Below, piece by piece: positions 40,746-52,514 of a stretch of DNA of 64,000 nucleotides (the first letter of the stretch is position 1; every line of letters begins with the position of its first letter). The notes beneath the pieces are model-generated. The model worked only from the letters and a program-made list of their open reading frames with translations. It had not been told where the DNA came from and searched no databases. The translations under genes were made by a program, and so were the position numbers. The stretch lies in NCBI GenBank assembly GCA_964016885.1, contig OZ024755.1:37386001-37450000 (forward strand), given 5' to 3'. The stretch comes from Eledone cirrhosa (taxonomy: Eukaryota).

Positions 40746-41012
40746 TTTGTTAATCAAGCCCTAGTGCAGTAATGGGATTGAGTTAAGCCAAGCTGGTTGT
40801 TTAAGCAATTGTCTCTAGCCTGAATAAATAAGTTGTGTTTCCATATTAAGTTATTTCGCTGACGCATCTAACAAGCAAACCTTAACCTAAGGCCTGCGTA
40901 AATGTCGTTTGGCTAAGAGACCCGGCAATGGGTTCGAACGCGGGACTTAATGATCTCCAAACAATCTCCTGCGCCTTCACACACACACATATATATATAT
41001 ATATGTATATAT

Positions 41013-41194
41013 ATAGGAGTAAGTAAGACCCCGACGGCTGAGCTCAAGCCGTTTCGACGGCTAATTCTGTACGTCGAAACGGCTTGAGCTCAGCCGTCGG
41101 GGTCTTACTTACTCCTATTACCCACTCTACTACCCTAAGTATTGAGTACTTTGGTGCGTTATGGTCCACCTGGTTCCTTACCACTTTTCCCTCG

Positions 41195-41196
<2 letters not shown>
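41013..41196 (+). mobile_element. Fold-back PLE-type repeat (family of 17692)
   Basis: Perfect 47-nt arms 41013-41059 / 41072-41118; GAAA-CGGCT tgagctc AGCCG-TC. Confidence 0.8.
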
Positions 41197-41247
<51 letters not shown>

Positions 41248-41528
41248 AGCAAATTATAAACGTAAACATGTAAGTATGTTTTTGAATATATATATTCAAT
41301 ATACATGTATATATATTAATATGTATACGTACATACATATATGTATACAGACGTACAGTAGTATGTATATATATATATACATGCACACATATATATATGC
41401 ACGTATCGGTTTACCGAACATTTATTATAATGCTCGGTTTGTTTGTTTGTAAACAAACAAACAGCCCGAATTGCCCCGTACAGTGTTTAGGAAACCATGT
41501 CACCTTTTTGTTTAACACTGACACAGGA

Positions 41529-41571
41529 ACGATGTACTAGTTTCAAGCTTATTAGCTATCGTCAGCATCGT
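41529..41571 (-). ncRNA. Minimal hammerhead ribozyme, intact
   Basis: ACGATG-CTGACGA-tAGCT aata AGCTt-GAAA-CTAG-TA-CATCGT. Confidence 0.85.
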
Positions 41572-41692
41572 ATACCTTCCTGCCAGATGGTTGAACGTCT
41601 GAAAGTATATACTTTCCTTATGCATATTAACGGCTGAGCAGCCTAATTTGCGTATATACTTTCAGACGTTCAACCATCTGGCAGGTAGGTAT

Positions 41693-41735
41693 ACGATGCT
41701 GACGATAGCTAATAAGCTTGAAACTAATACATCGT
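41693..41735 (+). ncRNA. Minimal hammerhead, inverted copy with helix III change (CTAA)
   Basis: Same as 41529-41571 with one substitution. Confidence 0.7.
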
Positions 41736-42192
41736 TCCTGTGTCCGTGTTGAACAAAAAGGTGACGTGGTTGCCTAAACACTGTACGGCGCAATTCGGGC
41801 TGTTTGTTTGTTTACAAACAAACAAACCGAGCATTATAGCAAGTGTTCGGTAAACCGATACGTGCATATATATATATGTGTGCATGTATATATATACATA
41901 CTACTGTACGTCTGTATACATATATGTATGTACGTATACATACATACTTACATTTAAGTAAGTGCCGTACTATGTATGTATACGTACATACATATATGTA
42001 TACAGACGTACAGTAGTACCACCACCACCACGTCACTATACCCCCCCCCGCCACCCCCCACCCCAACATATCACACATGCCAAACATTCCTCATAGCTAA
42101 ACCAATCAAAACAACATAAACTGACCACCATATGAACGCGAAACTTTACAGACATCTCTATGTTTTATATGTTCACGTGTCATTACTACCAC

Positions 42193-42283
42193 AGAGGGCC
42201 GACGAGCTTTTGATTCCAGAGTGGGGCCAGATCGATACAGATCGAACCTTGAGCTGATCAATAGCGAAACGCGCGTCACTAAT
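42193..42283 (+). ncRNA. Hammerhead-like motif with CCGACGA core
   Basis: CCGACGA-GCTTTTGAT...ATCAATAGC-GAAAC-GCGC-GTC; helix I not evident. Confidence 0.4.
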
Positions 42284-42325
42284 CAATTAACGTAATGAAG
42301 GCTTAACAAATCGTCCTTGTATTGT

Positions 42326-42383
<58 letters not shown>

Positions 42384-42467
42384 GTAGGTCCCGGGTTGAG
42401 TCGGGGATAACCACAGTAAGTAAGGTACTCAATACATGGCAGAGTAAATTTTTTTATTTTATAGAAG

Positions 42468-42520
42468 GAGCTTCTACAGGACTAGTACTGTTTCATTCAG
42501 ATGAAATCTTCAGGAAGCTC
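42468..42520 (-). ncRNA. Type I hammerhead ribozyme, intact
   Basis: GAGCTTC-CTGAAGA-tTTC atct GAAt-GAAA-CAG tactagtc CTG-TA-GAAGCTC. Confidence 0.85.
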
Positions 42521-42527
42521 TGATATA

Positions 42528-42566
<39 letters not shown>

Positions 42567-43677
42567 TTAAAAATAAGAAGAAAGCATGAACGGAAGAAAG
42601 TTTTCCTTCATCAGTTGTCTGCTGGGGGTCTCGGATATTTCTAGGCATTAAAGACAATATATCTCGCCCCAGTGCGTTCAATAACTCAGGTAAGTTATTG
42701 GGAAAACAAAGGAGGGAGAGAAAGAAAATATAGGATAACAGAAGGGAAAAGGGACGAAAAGAGAAATGAGAAAAACAGTGAAAAAAAACGGGAAATAACA
42801 AACCGAAGAGTGTGTGAGCGACTAGAAGAGAGAAAATTAAAGTCCACGACAATTACTGAACATAAGTTTCAGATTGTGCGGACGAGAAAAAAAGACACGG
42901 CTGACCTCTGCAAGTGTAAGTGAGAAAAGGACTGCAAGAGAGACAGGCGAGGGAAACAATGAGGTGGCTGAGTGAGAGGGAGAGAGTTCAATATATATAT
43001 ATATGCACAAACACGACACCCACAAATTGCAAGGTCTTGCATCGAGAGCTTGAGTAAAGGAAAATCGTAGACCTACCAACAAGACTTTGCGCCGTTTCAT
43101 ATGGCCATGCCGAACAAAGAATGAATGAGTTACAATCTCCACAATCACGTTACCCCAAACATATGACCTTTTAGTTCTCCAGAGATTAATCCGTTGCACT
43201 ACTATGTATGGTCTCTAGTCGAGAGACGAGACAATCAATGCCGCCATAACACTCTTAAGTCCGCTATGATTAGTACAATGATAAAGACCATCTGATTCGG
43301 GTTAAAGTTCCAGACGTTGTAATGAAGCAGCCATCAATGCTAACAGTGGATTCATTACGTAGATGTGTCATGAAGCATCTCAAATGTTTTCATGTCAATT
43401 ATTTCTCAAATAAAGCTCTTCTTTCATGAGATATGCGTCTTTCAATACCTTCATGAAAATATCGCCAAAGAACTGAGCAACCGTATGTATATACACACAC
43501 ATATATATTTATGTGTGTGTGTGTATGAGCGAGTGCGTGTGTATATATTATATGTGCGTGATGTTTTGTGTAAGTTTACTCTATTTAAAACAAAGAAACC
43601 TGCCAACTCTTTGAGTTTTCACACTTTCCTACTCTTCCATTATTATTTCCTATCAAGCTGACTATCTACAGCTTTCT

Positions 43678-44058
43678 ATCTACCTACCTACCTACCTACC
43701 TACCTACCTACCTACCTACCTACCTATCTACCTACCTGCCTGCCTGCCTACCTACCTACTACGTATCTACCTGCCTGCCTACCTACCTACCTACCTCCCT
43801 ACCTACCTTCTACCTACCTGCCTACCTACTACGTACCTACCTGCCTGCCTGCCTGCCTGCCTACCTACCTGCCTAGCTACCTACCTACCTACCTGCCTGC
43901 CTGCCTGCCTACCTACCTACCTACTTACCTACCTACCTACCTACTTACCTACCTACTTACCTACCTACTTACCTACCTACCTACCTACCTACTTACCTAC
44001 CTACCTACCTACCTACCTACCTACCTACCTAGCTTTCTATCTATCTGTCTATCTATCA
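43678..44058. repeat. (TACC/TGCC)n tetranucleotide repeat
   Basis: Direct inspection. Confidence 0.95.
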
Positions 44059-44759
44059 TTCACTCTTTCCACCCATATTCATGTATACATGTTTCTTCAC
44101 AGTTGTCCCTTAAATGAGGTCACATGATAGTGAAAATTTTAAGGGATTCGCATTGCAGTCATTAAGTCCCGACTTTGATCACACTGTCGAGTGTCTTGGG
44201 CACGTGGCCCTAGCTAAACTTCGGGTCAACTCAAGCCTTGTAAATGGGATTGGGAAGATGGAAAATGTTTGTGAAAGCCAGTCGGATGGACTGTACCTGT
44301 AATACAAACGGTCAACTTTGCCCCACTTTGCCCAGCCTTTCTGGTAATTACATCAATGATGCACGTGTCTGTGGAATGTACAGGCAATTACAAGTTAATT
44401 TCTTGACTAGGGTGTCTTGTTGATGGAACAAATGAAACATGCATAATAAAACAAAATCGACGGAGACCCATTGATGTCATTTAACGTTGATTAACTAGAG
44501 GATCATAGAGTTTACAAGAGTTCGGCAAGTCCCTCTTCATTTTCAGTATTATAAATTACTCACCACGTACTTATGAATTTCAATTACTAGACCACAACAA
44601 ATAATTCGAACTGCGAAACCACGTTGTATTCCCAGTGTGGAATGGAATCCAATTTGCTAAAGCATATTTAATTCATTGTTATATTACTACAAAACGTGGA
44701 ACAGGAATATCACTGAAGACATCTGTCTAATTGATTATCAATCATCTCTTCCTGCTTGT

Positions 44760-44831
<72 letters not shown>

Positions 44832-45300
44832 TAGGTGCGTGCGTGCGTGCGTGCGTGTGTTTGTTATGAGGCATTATACATACTAGCAGACAAACCACCC
44901 ACGGGTGGTTTTCTGCTAGCATATGTGGTGCGTATATTGATATTATACGCAAGTATATATACATGTAGATATAATACATCAAATAAAATCGTAATAAACA
45001 GAAATTGAACGAAGACTGCGTTACACTGTCTTATGTAATCAGTAACGTAATCCATGATACATTAAAAAAAGACGATATTATATATAAACTGTATTAGGAG
45101 AAAATTAGTGACAGAAAATTAGTATATTTATTTAAGTGATCGCCACCGGAAGTCTCTCTTTCTATATATATGGTAGTTGAAGTGGTGGTGGTGGTGGTGG
45201 CAACGATATACCTGAAGTGCAACTTTGAAAAGAAGTCAATTTTAAATTATTTATTTACGAAATTTAGTAGATAAATTATGTAATATTCATTCATTATTTA

Positions 45301-45413
45301 TTCAAATCCCGCCGAGGTTAACTTTGCCTTTCATCCTTACAGGGTCGATAAAATGAAGTACCAGTAATGTACTGGTTAATTGCTGGCCTTGTGCCAAAAG
45401 TAGAAACAATTAT
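45301..45413 (+). mobile_element. 5'-truncated main-family SINE
   Basis: B-box to tail; TTATTTATTCAAA flanks. Confidence 0.85.
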
Positions 45414-45684
45414 TTATTCAAAGTAATCCAACTTATTTTACTAACGGGATAAAAAAACAAAACCGTACGCAGTCCCGCAGGCCTTCCTTTATTATAGTTT
45501 AGATATAATACCTCACAATACACACACACACATATAAATATATATGGAGAGAGGAAGGGAGGGAGATAGATAGATAGATATCTTTCTTTATTTGCCACAG
45601 GGGCGTACACAAATGGGACATTACAAGACGTGACGGCGGGGGTTTTACATATAATCATATAATTTTAACATTAATAAATAACAA

Positions 45685-45705
45685 TCTATATATATAAAAC
45701 TGAGG

Positions 45706-45766
<61 letters not shown>

Positions 45767-46327
45767 TGTGAGTTTCAATCCCTAAAACTCGAGAAGTACG
45801 CAACCGATTATTTTCAAACTTTACATGTGTATTAGTTAGATTTCAGGGAGTGTTATGCGCCTGAAAAATTCAACTTTTTGATCCCCTAGGGCCAGCATTA
45901 GATGAAAAACTGCGTTTTTTTTCAGCTTTTTAGGGCTTTTTTGAGGCGTTACGTCAGACTGATTTCCTTGAAATTGTAACTATGTATTCGTCAGTCTCTT
46001 CTTAATACCGTGAGCAAAGAAAATCCAACTTTTTTATGGCCTAGGGCCCGCATTAGGTGAAAAACTTCATTTTTTCAGCTTTTTAGGGCTCTTTTGAGGC
46101 GTTACGTCTAGCCGATTTTTCCCGAAATTTCAGGACATATTATGCACATAAAAGAAATTCATTTTCCTGCTTCATCAGGGAAAATCTTAAAGATTATCGA
46201 GCCATCAGAGTATTCGGTTTACTTTCTTTGCATATTGTCCAGGCATGCAGTTTTGCCACGATTAAATCTGTTGAAAGCCCGCGTTCCAAAATACCCTATC
46301 CCGTGCAACGCCGGGTACCACTGCTAG
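45685..46327 (+). mobile_element. Non-autonomous Helitron
   Basis: A|TCTATATATATAAAACTGAGG, (GT)n, internal ~130 bp duplication, CCCGTGCAACGCCGGG hairpin, CTAG|T. Confidence 0.88.
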
Positions 46328-46852
46328 TAAACTATAAAAATAAAATAACAATTGAAATCCCCAATAGGGGGAACGTTACTGCAGGGTTGTTTTACACCCC
46401 GTGGATAGAACAACCCTCAACACCAGGAACACGTGTTGTAGGTGTTCCCGTCTTCCCTCTGTTTGTCTTCCTCAACAGATAAAATGATAGATAGATAGGT
46501 AGAAAAATAGATAGATAAATAGATAGATATATATGGATGGATGCACTGAACCAAATTATTACAATGTTAATTTATCGAAGTGTATGATAGTGCCCAAATA
46601 CGAATGAATGAATGAAATGTGAGTGAGAGTCAGTTCTCTAAGAGTATGCCTGTCTCAAGTAAACAAACGGAAATAATCTCCTTGAAACATGTCCCAGAAA
46701 GATAATATGTAATATTTATTAATGTTTACCTGGCATGACATCTAGGTGTTTCGATTCAACACCTGTTAAACTCAAAGTAGTTATTCCTCTAGACATATAT
46801 TATATAGCCATTGTTAATGTGATGGGTCAGTAGAGCCTTGTATTAAATGGAC

Positions 46853-49800
46853 AGGCGGCGAATTGGCTGAGTCGTTAGAAAGTCGGATAGAATGGTAGAG
46901 TGGTTAGAACGTCGGATAGAATGGTAGAGTGGTTAGAACGTCAGATAGAATGGTAGAGTTGTTAGAACGTAGATAGAATGGTAGTGTGGTTAGAACGTCA
47001 GATAGAATGGTAGAGTGGTTAGAACGTCAGATAGAATGGTAGAGTGGTTAGAACGTCAGAGAGAATGGTAGAGTGGTTAGAACGTCAGATAGAATGGTAG
47101 AGTTGTTAGAACGTAGATAGAATGGTAGAGTTGTTAGAACGTAGATAGAATGGTAGAGTGGTTAGAACGTCGGATAGAATGGTAGAGTGGTTAGAACGTC
47201 GGATAGAATGGTAGTGTGGTTAGAACGTCAGATAGAATGGTAGGGTGGTTAGGACGTAGATAGAATGGTAAAGTGGTTAGAACGTCAGATAGAATGACAG
47301 AGTGGTTAGAACGTCAGATAGAATGGTAGAGTGGTTAGAACGTAGATAGCATGGCAGAGTGGTTAGAACGTCAGATAGAATGGTAGTGTGGTTATAACGT
47401 AGATAGAATGGTAGAGTGGTTAGAACTAGATAGAATGGTAGAGTGGTTAGAACGTCAGATAGAATGGTAGAGTGGTTATAACGTAGATAGAATGGTAGAG
47501 TGGTTAGAACTAGATAGCATGGCAGAGTGGTTAGAACGTAGATAGAATGGTAAAGTGGTTAGAACGTCAGATAGAATGGTAGAGTGGTTAGAACGTCAGA
47601 TAGAATGGTAGAGTTGTTAGAACGTAGATAGAATGGTAGTGTGGTTAGAACGTCAGATAGAATGGTAGAGTGGTTAGAACGTCAGATAGAATGGTAAAGT
47701 GGTTAGAACGTCAGATAGAATGGTAGAGTGATTAGAACGTCGGATAGAATGGTAGAGTGGTTAGAGCGTCGGATAGAATGGTAGTGTGGTTAGAACGTCA
47801 GATAGAATGACAGAGTGGTTAGAACGTCAGATAGAATGGTAGAGTGGTTAGAACGTAGATAGCATGGCAGAGTGGTGAGAACGTCAGATAGAATGGTAGA
47901 GTGGTTATAACGTAGATAGAATGGTAGAGTGGTTAGAACTAGATAGAATGGTAGAGTGGTTAGAACGTAGATAGAATGGTAGAGTGGTTAGAACGTCAGA
48001 TAGAATGGTAGAGTGGTTATAACGTAGATAGAATGGTAGAGTGGTTAGAACTAGATAGCATGGCAGAGTGGTTAGAACGTAGATAGAATGGTAGAGTGGT
48101 TAGAACGTAGATAGAATGGTAAAGTGGTTAGAACGCCAGATAGAATGGTAGAGTGGTTAGAACGTCAGATAGAATGGTAGAGTGGTTAGAACGTCAGACA
48201 GAATGGTAGTGTGGTTAGAACGTAGATAGAATGGCAGAGTGGTTAGAACGTAGATAGAATGGTAAAGTGGTTAGAAGGTCGGATAGAATGGCAGAGTGGT
48301 TAGAACGTCGGATAGAATGGTAGAGTGGTTAGAACGTCAGATAGAATGGTAGAGTGGTTAGAACGTCAAATAGAATGGTAGAGTGGTTAGAACGTCAGAT
48401 AGAATGACAGAGTGGTTAGAACGTCAGATAGAATGGTAGAGTGCTTAGAACGTAGATAGCATGGCAGAGTGGTTAGAACGTCAGATAGAATGGTAGAGTG
48501 GTTATAACGTAGATAGAATGGTAGAGTGGTTAGAACTAGATAGCATGGCAGAGTGGTTAGAACGTAGATAGAATGGTAGAGTGGTTAGAACGTAGATAGA
48601 ATGGTAGAGTGGTTAGAACGTCAGATAGCATGGCAGAGTGGTTAGAACGTAAATAGAATGGTAGAGTGGTTAGAACGTCAGACAGAATGGTAGTGTGGTT
48701 AGAACGTAGATAGAATGGTAGTGTGGTTAGAAGGTCGGATAGAATGGCAGAGTGGTTAGAACGTCGGATAGAATGGTAGAGTGGTTAGAACGTCAGATAG
48801 AATGGTAGAGTGGTTAGAACGTCAGATAGAATGACAGAGTGGTTAGAACGTCAGATAGAATGGTAGAGTGGTTAGAACGTAGATAGCATGGCAGAGTGGT
48901 TAGAACGTCAGATAGAATGGTAGAGTGGTTAGAACGTAAATAGAATGGTAGAGTGGTTAGAACGTAGATAGAATGGTAAAGTGGTTAGAACGTCAGATAG
49001 AATGGTAGAGTGGTTAGAACGTCAGATAGAATGGTAGAGTTGTTAGAACGTCAGACAGAATGGTAGTGTGGTTAGAACGTAGATAGAATGGTAGTGTGGT
49101 TAGAAGGTCGGATAGAATGGTAGAGTGGTTAGAACGTCAGATAGAATGGTAGAGTGGTTAGAACGTCAAATAGAATGGTAGAGTGGTTAGAACGTCAGAT
49201 AGAATGACAGAGTGGTTAGAACGTCAGATAGAATGGTAGAGTGGTTAGAACGTAGATAGCATGGCAGAGTGATTAGAACGTCAGATAGAATGGTAGTGTG
49301 GTTATAACGTAGATAGAATGGTAGAGTGGTTAGAACTAGATAGCATGGCAGAGTGGTTAGAACGTAGATAGAATGGTAGAGTGGTTAGAACGTAGATAGA
49401 ATGGTAGAGTGGTTAGAACGTCAGATAGCATGGCAGAGTGGTTAGAACGTAAATAGAATGGTAGAGTGGTTAGAACGTAGATAGAATGGTAAAGTGGTTA
49501 GAACGTCAGATAGAATGGTAAAGTGGTTAGAACGTCAGATAGAATGGTAGAGTGGTTAGAACGTCAGATAGAATGGTAGTGTGGTTAGAACGTAGATAGA
49601 ATGGTAGTGTGGTTAGAAGGTCGGATAGAATGGCAGAGTGGTTAGAACGTCGGATAGAATGGTAGAGTGGTTAGAACGTCAGAGAGAATGGTAGAGTGGT
49701 TAGAACGTCAGATAGAATGGTAGAGTGGTTAGAACGTCAGATAGAATGGTAGAGTGGTTAGAACGTCAGATAGAATGGTAGAGTGGTTATAACGTCAGAT

Positions 49801-51455
49801 AGAATGGTAGAGTGGTTAGAACGTCAGATAGAATGGTAGAGTGGTTATAACGTCAGATAGAATGCTAGAGTGGTTAGAACTAGATAGCCTGGCAGAGTGG
49901 TTAGAACGTAGATAGAATGGTAGAGTGGTTAGAACGTAGATAGAATGGTAAAGTGGTTAGAACGTCGGATAGAATGGTAGAGTGGTTAGAACGTCAGATA
50001 GAATGGTAGAGTGGTTAGAACGTCAGACAGAATGGTAGTGTGGTTAGAACGTAGATAGAATGGTAGAGTGGTTAGAACTAGATAGCATGGCAGAATGGTT
50101 ACAGCGTAGATAGAATGGTAGAGTGGTTAGAACGTAGATAGAATGGTAGAGTGGTTAGAAGGTCGGATAGAATGGCAGAGTGGTTAGAACGTCAGATAGA
50201 ATGGTAGAGTGGTTAGAACGTCAGATAGAATGGTAGAGTGGTTAGAACGTCAGATAGAATTGTAGTGTGGTTAGAACGTAGATAGAATGGCAGAGTGGTT
50301 AGAACGTAGATAGAATGGTAGGGTGGTTAGAAGGTCGGATAGAATGGCAGAGTGGTTAGAACGTCGGATAGAATGGTATAGTGGTTAGAACGTCAGATAG
50401 AATGGTAGAGTGGTTAGAACGTCAGATAGAATGGTAGAGTGGTTAGAACGTCAAATAGAATGGTAGAGTGGTTAGAACGTCAGATAGAATGGTAGAGTGG
50501 TTAGAACGTCAGATAGAATGGCAGAGTGGTTAGAACGTCGGATAGAATGGTAGAGTGGTTAGAACGTCAGATAGAATGGTAGAGTGGTTAGAACGTCAGA
50601 TAGAATGGTAGAGTGGTTAGAACGTCAGATAGAATGGTAGAGTGGTTAGAACGTCAAATAGAATGGTAGAGTGGTTAGAACGTCAGATAGAATGGTAGTG
50701 TGGTTAGAACGTCAGATAGAATGGTAGAGTGGTTAGAACGTCAGCTAGAATGGTAGAGTGGTTATAACGTCAGATAGAATGGTAGAGTGGTTAGAACGTC
50801 ACATAGAATGGTAGAGTGGTTAGAACGTCTGATAGAATGGTAGAGTGGTTATAACGTCAGATAGAATGGTAGAGTGGTTAGAACGTCACATAGAATGGTA
50901 GAGTGGTTAGAACGTCAGATAGAATGGTAGAGTGGTTAGAACGTCAGATAGAACGGTAGAGTGGTTAGAACGTCAGATAGAATGGTAGAGTGGTTAGAAC
51001 GTCAGATAGAACGGTAAAGTGGTTAGAACGTCAGATAGAACGGTAGAGTGGTTAGAACGTCAGATAGAATGGTAGAGTGGTTAGAACGTCAAATAGAATG
51101 GTAGAGTGGTTAGAACGTCAGATAGAATGGTAGAGTGGTTAGAACGTCAGATAGAACGGTAGAGTGGTTAGAACGTCAGATAGAATGGTAGAGTGGTTAG
51201 AACGTCAGATAGAACGGTAAAGTGGTTAGAACGTCAGATAGAACGGTAGAGTGGTTAGAACGTCAGATAGAACGGTAGAGTGGTTAGAACGTCAGATAGA
51301 ATGGTAGAGTGGTTAGAACGTCAGATAGAACGGTAGAGTGGTTAGAACGTCAGATAGAATGCTTTACGGTATTCATCCCGGCTCTCTCCTCTCTGAGTTC
51401 AAATCCCTCCGAGGTCAACTTTGCCTTTCATCCTTTCGATGTCGATATATAAAGT
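46853..51455 (+). mobile_element. tRNA-derived SINE with massively expanded A-box segment
   Basis: SINE start AGGCGGCGAATTGGCTGAGTCGTTAG; array; resumes ATGCTTTACGGTATT..GAGTTCAAATCCC..GAGGTCAACTTTGCCTTTCATCC. Confidence 0.85.
46863..51361 (+). repeat. 27-29 bp minisatellite, roughly 155 units
   Basis: Unit ATGGTAGAGTGGTTAGAACGTCAGATAGA; copy number estimated as length divided by period. Confidence 0.97.
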
Positions 51456-51479
51456 GCTAATCTACAGGGTCTAAAGAAT

Positions 51480-51667
51480 TTGGTGAGAGGGAAAAGTCGA
51501 TTAAATCACCCCCAGTACATTACTGGTACTTTATTTTATCGACCCCGTAAGGATGATAGGTAAAGTTAACCTCGGAGGGATTTGAACTCAGAACGTAAAG
51601 GGACGTAACTGTATGCTGCAAAGCATGGTGTCCGACGCTCTACCGATACTGCTAATCCAGCGCCTTC
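51480..51667 (-). mobile_element. Main-family SINE
   Basis: Consensus match. Confidence 0.85.
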
Positions 51668-51719
51668 CTTCTGTGTATATACCGACAGGGACGCTGAGTG
51701 TCAGAGTTTTATACAAAAA

Positions 51720-52348
51720 CTATACCACCCGTGACCCGTTGGGTCATGCTCACTACAAAATATTTTTTAAAAATCCTGTTCACTTAAAAACAATTTTTAA
51801 ATAAGTAAAATATACACAGACATGTATATAATGTGAAATGGAACTGGAAGGCCCATATATATACGTGTGTGTATGTATATATATAAATGTGTGTGTGTAT
51901 ACATATGTATATGTGTGTGTGTATATATATATATATATATGTGTGTGGGTGTCTGTGATCCATATACACTGGTCATAGACACACACACATATACACACAC
52001 ACACACACTCACATATATATATATATATATATACACAACACCACCACCAGCTCTCTTCCATTCTCCTTCTCTCTCTCCTCTCCCTCTCCCTATGTCTCTC
52101 TTTCAATCTACTCTCTCACAACCACTATCTCTTCTTCTTTATCTTTCTCTCTCTCGGTTTCTGAAAGTACCCGGAAAAACCCCATATCTCGGGATCCCGC
52201 GCTCCGATTTACGCGAAACTTGTTTCATTCCATTTGTATTCCCATTCCAGGGGCAACTTCCTTTCAAAGTATTTTCCCATTATGCGCCCTTTTGGCTGTA
52301 TTACATCACAGACAAGTAAGCAAGCAATCACAGACTTTTAGTAATATA
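51720..52348 (-). mobile_element. Non-autonomous derivative of the adjacent Helitron, head-to-tail
   Basis: 51720-51920 resembles 52349-52510 (hairpin TGACCCGTTGGGTCA); 52160-52348 resembles 57670-57867. Confidence 0.8.
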
Positions 52349-52514
52349 CTAGACCACCCATGACCCGTTGGGTCATGTTCACTTAAAAATAATTTTTAAA
52401 TAATTAAAATATACATAAAATGTATATAATGTAAAATGACATTGTAAAGCCAATATATATATATACGTGTATGCATGTGTATATGTACGTGTATATATAT
52501 ATATGTGTGTGTGG

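Larger units (their letters stand above)
41321..41941. repeat. Long inverted repeat (arms ~41321-41612 / 41652-41941)
   Basis: ~290 bp arms, 39 nt spacer, one hammerhead per arm. Confidence 0.92.

Noticed and set aside
42570-43370. ORFs 42493-42852, 42672-42923 and 42837-43199
   Set aside because: Purine-rich low complexity with no recognisable domain; probably a decayed repeat I cannot classify
46863-51361. CRISPR-like array of ~29-bp repeats
   Set aside because: No unique spacers, no cas genes, eukaryotic context; it is a head-to-tail minisatellite
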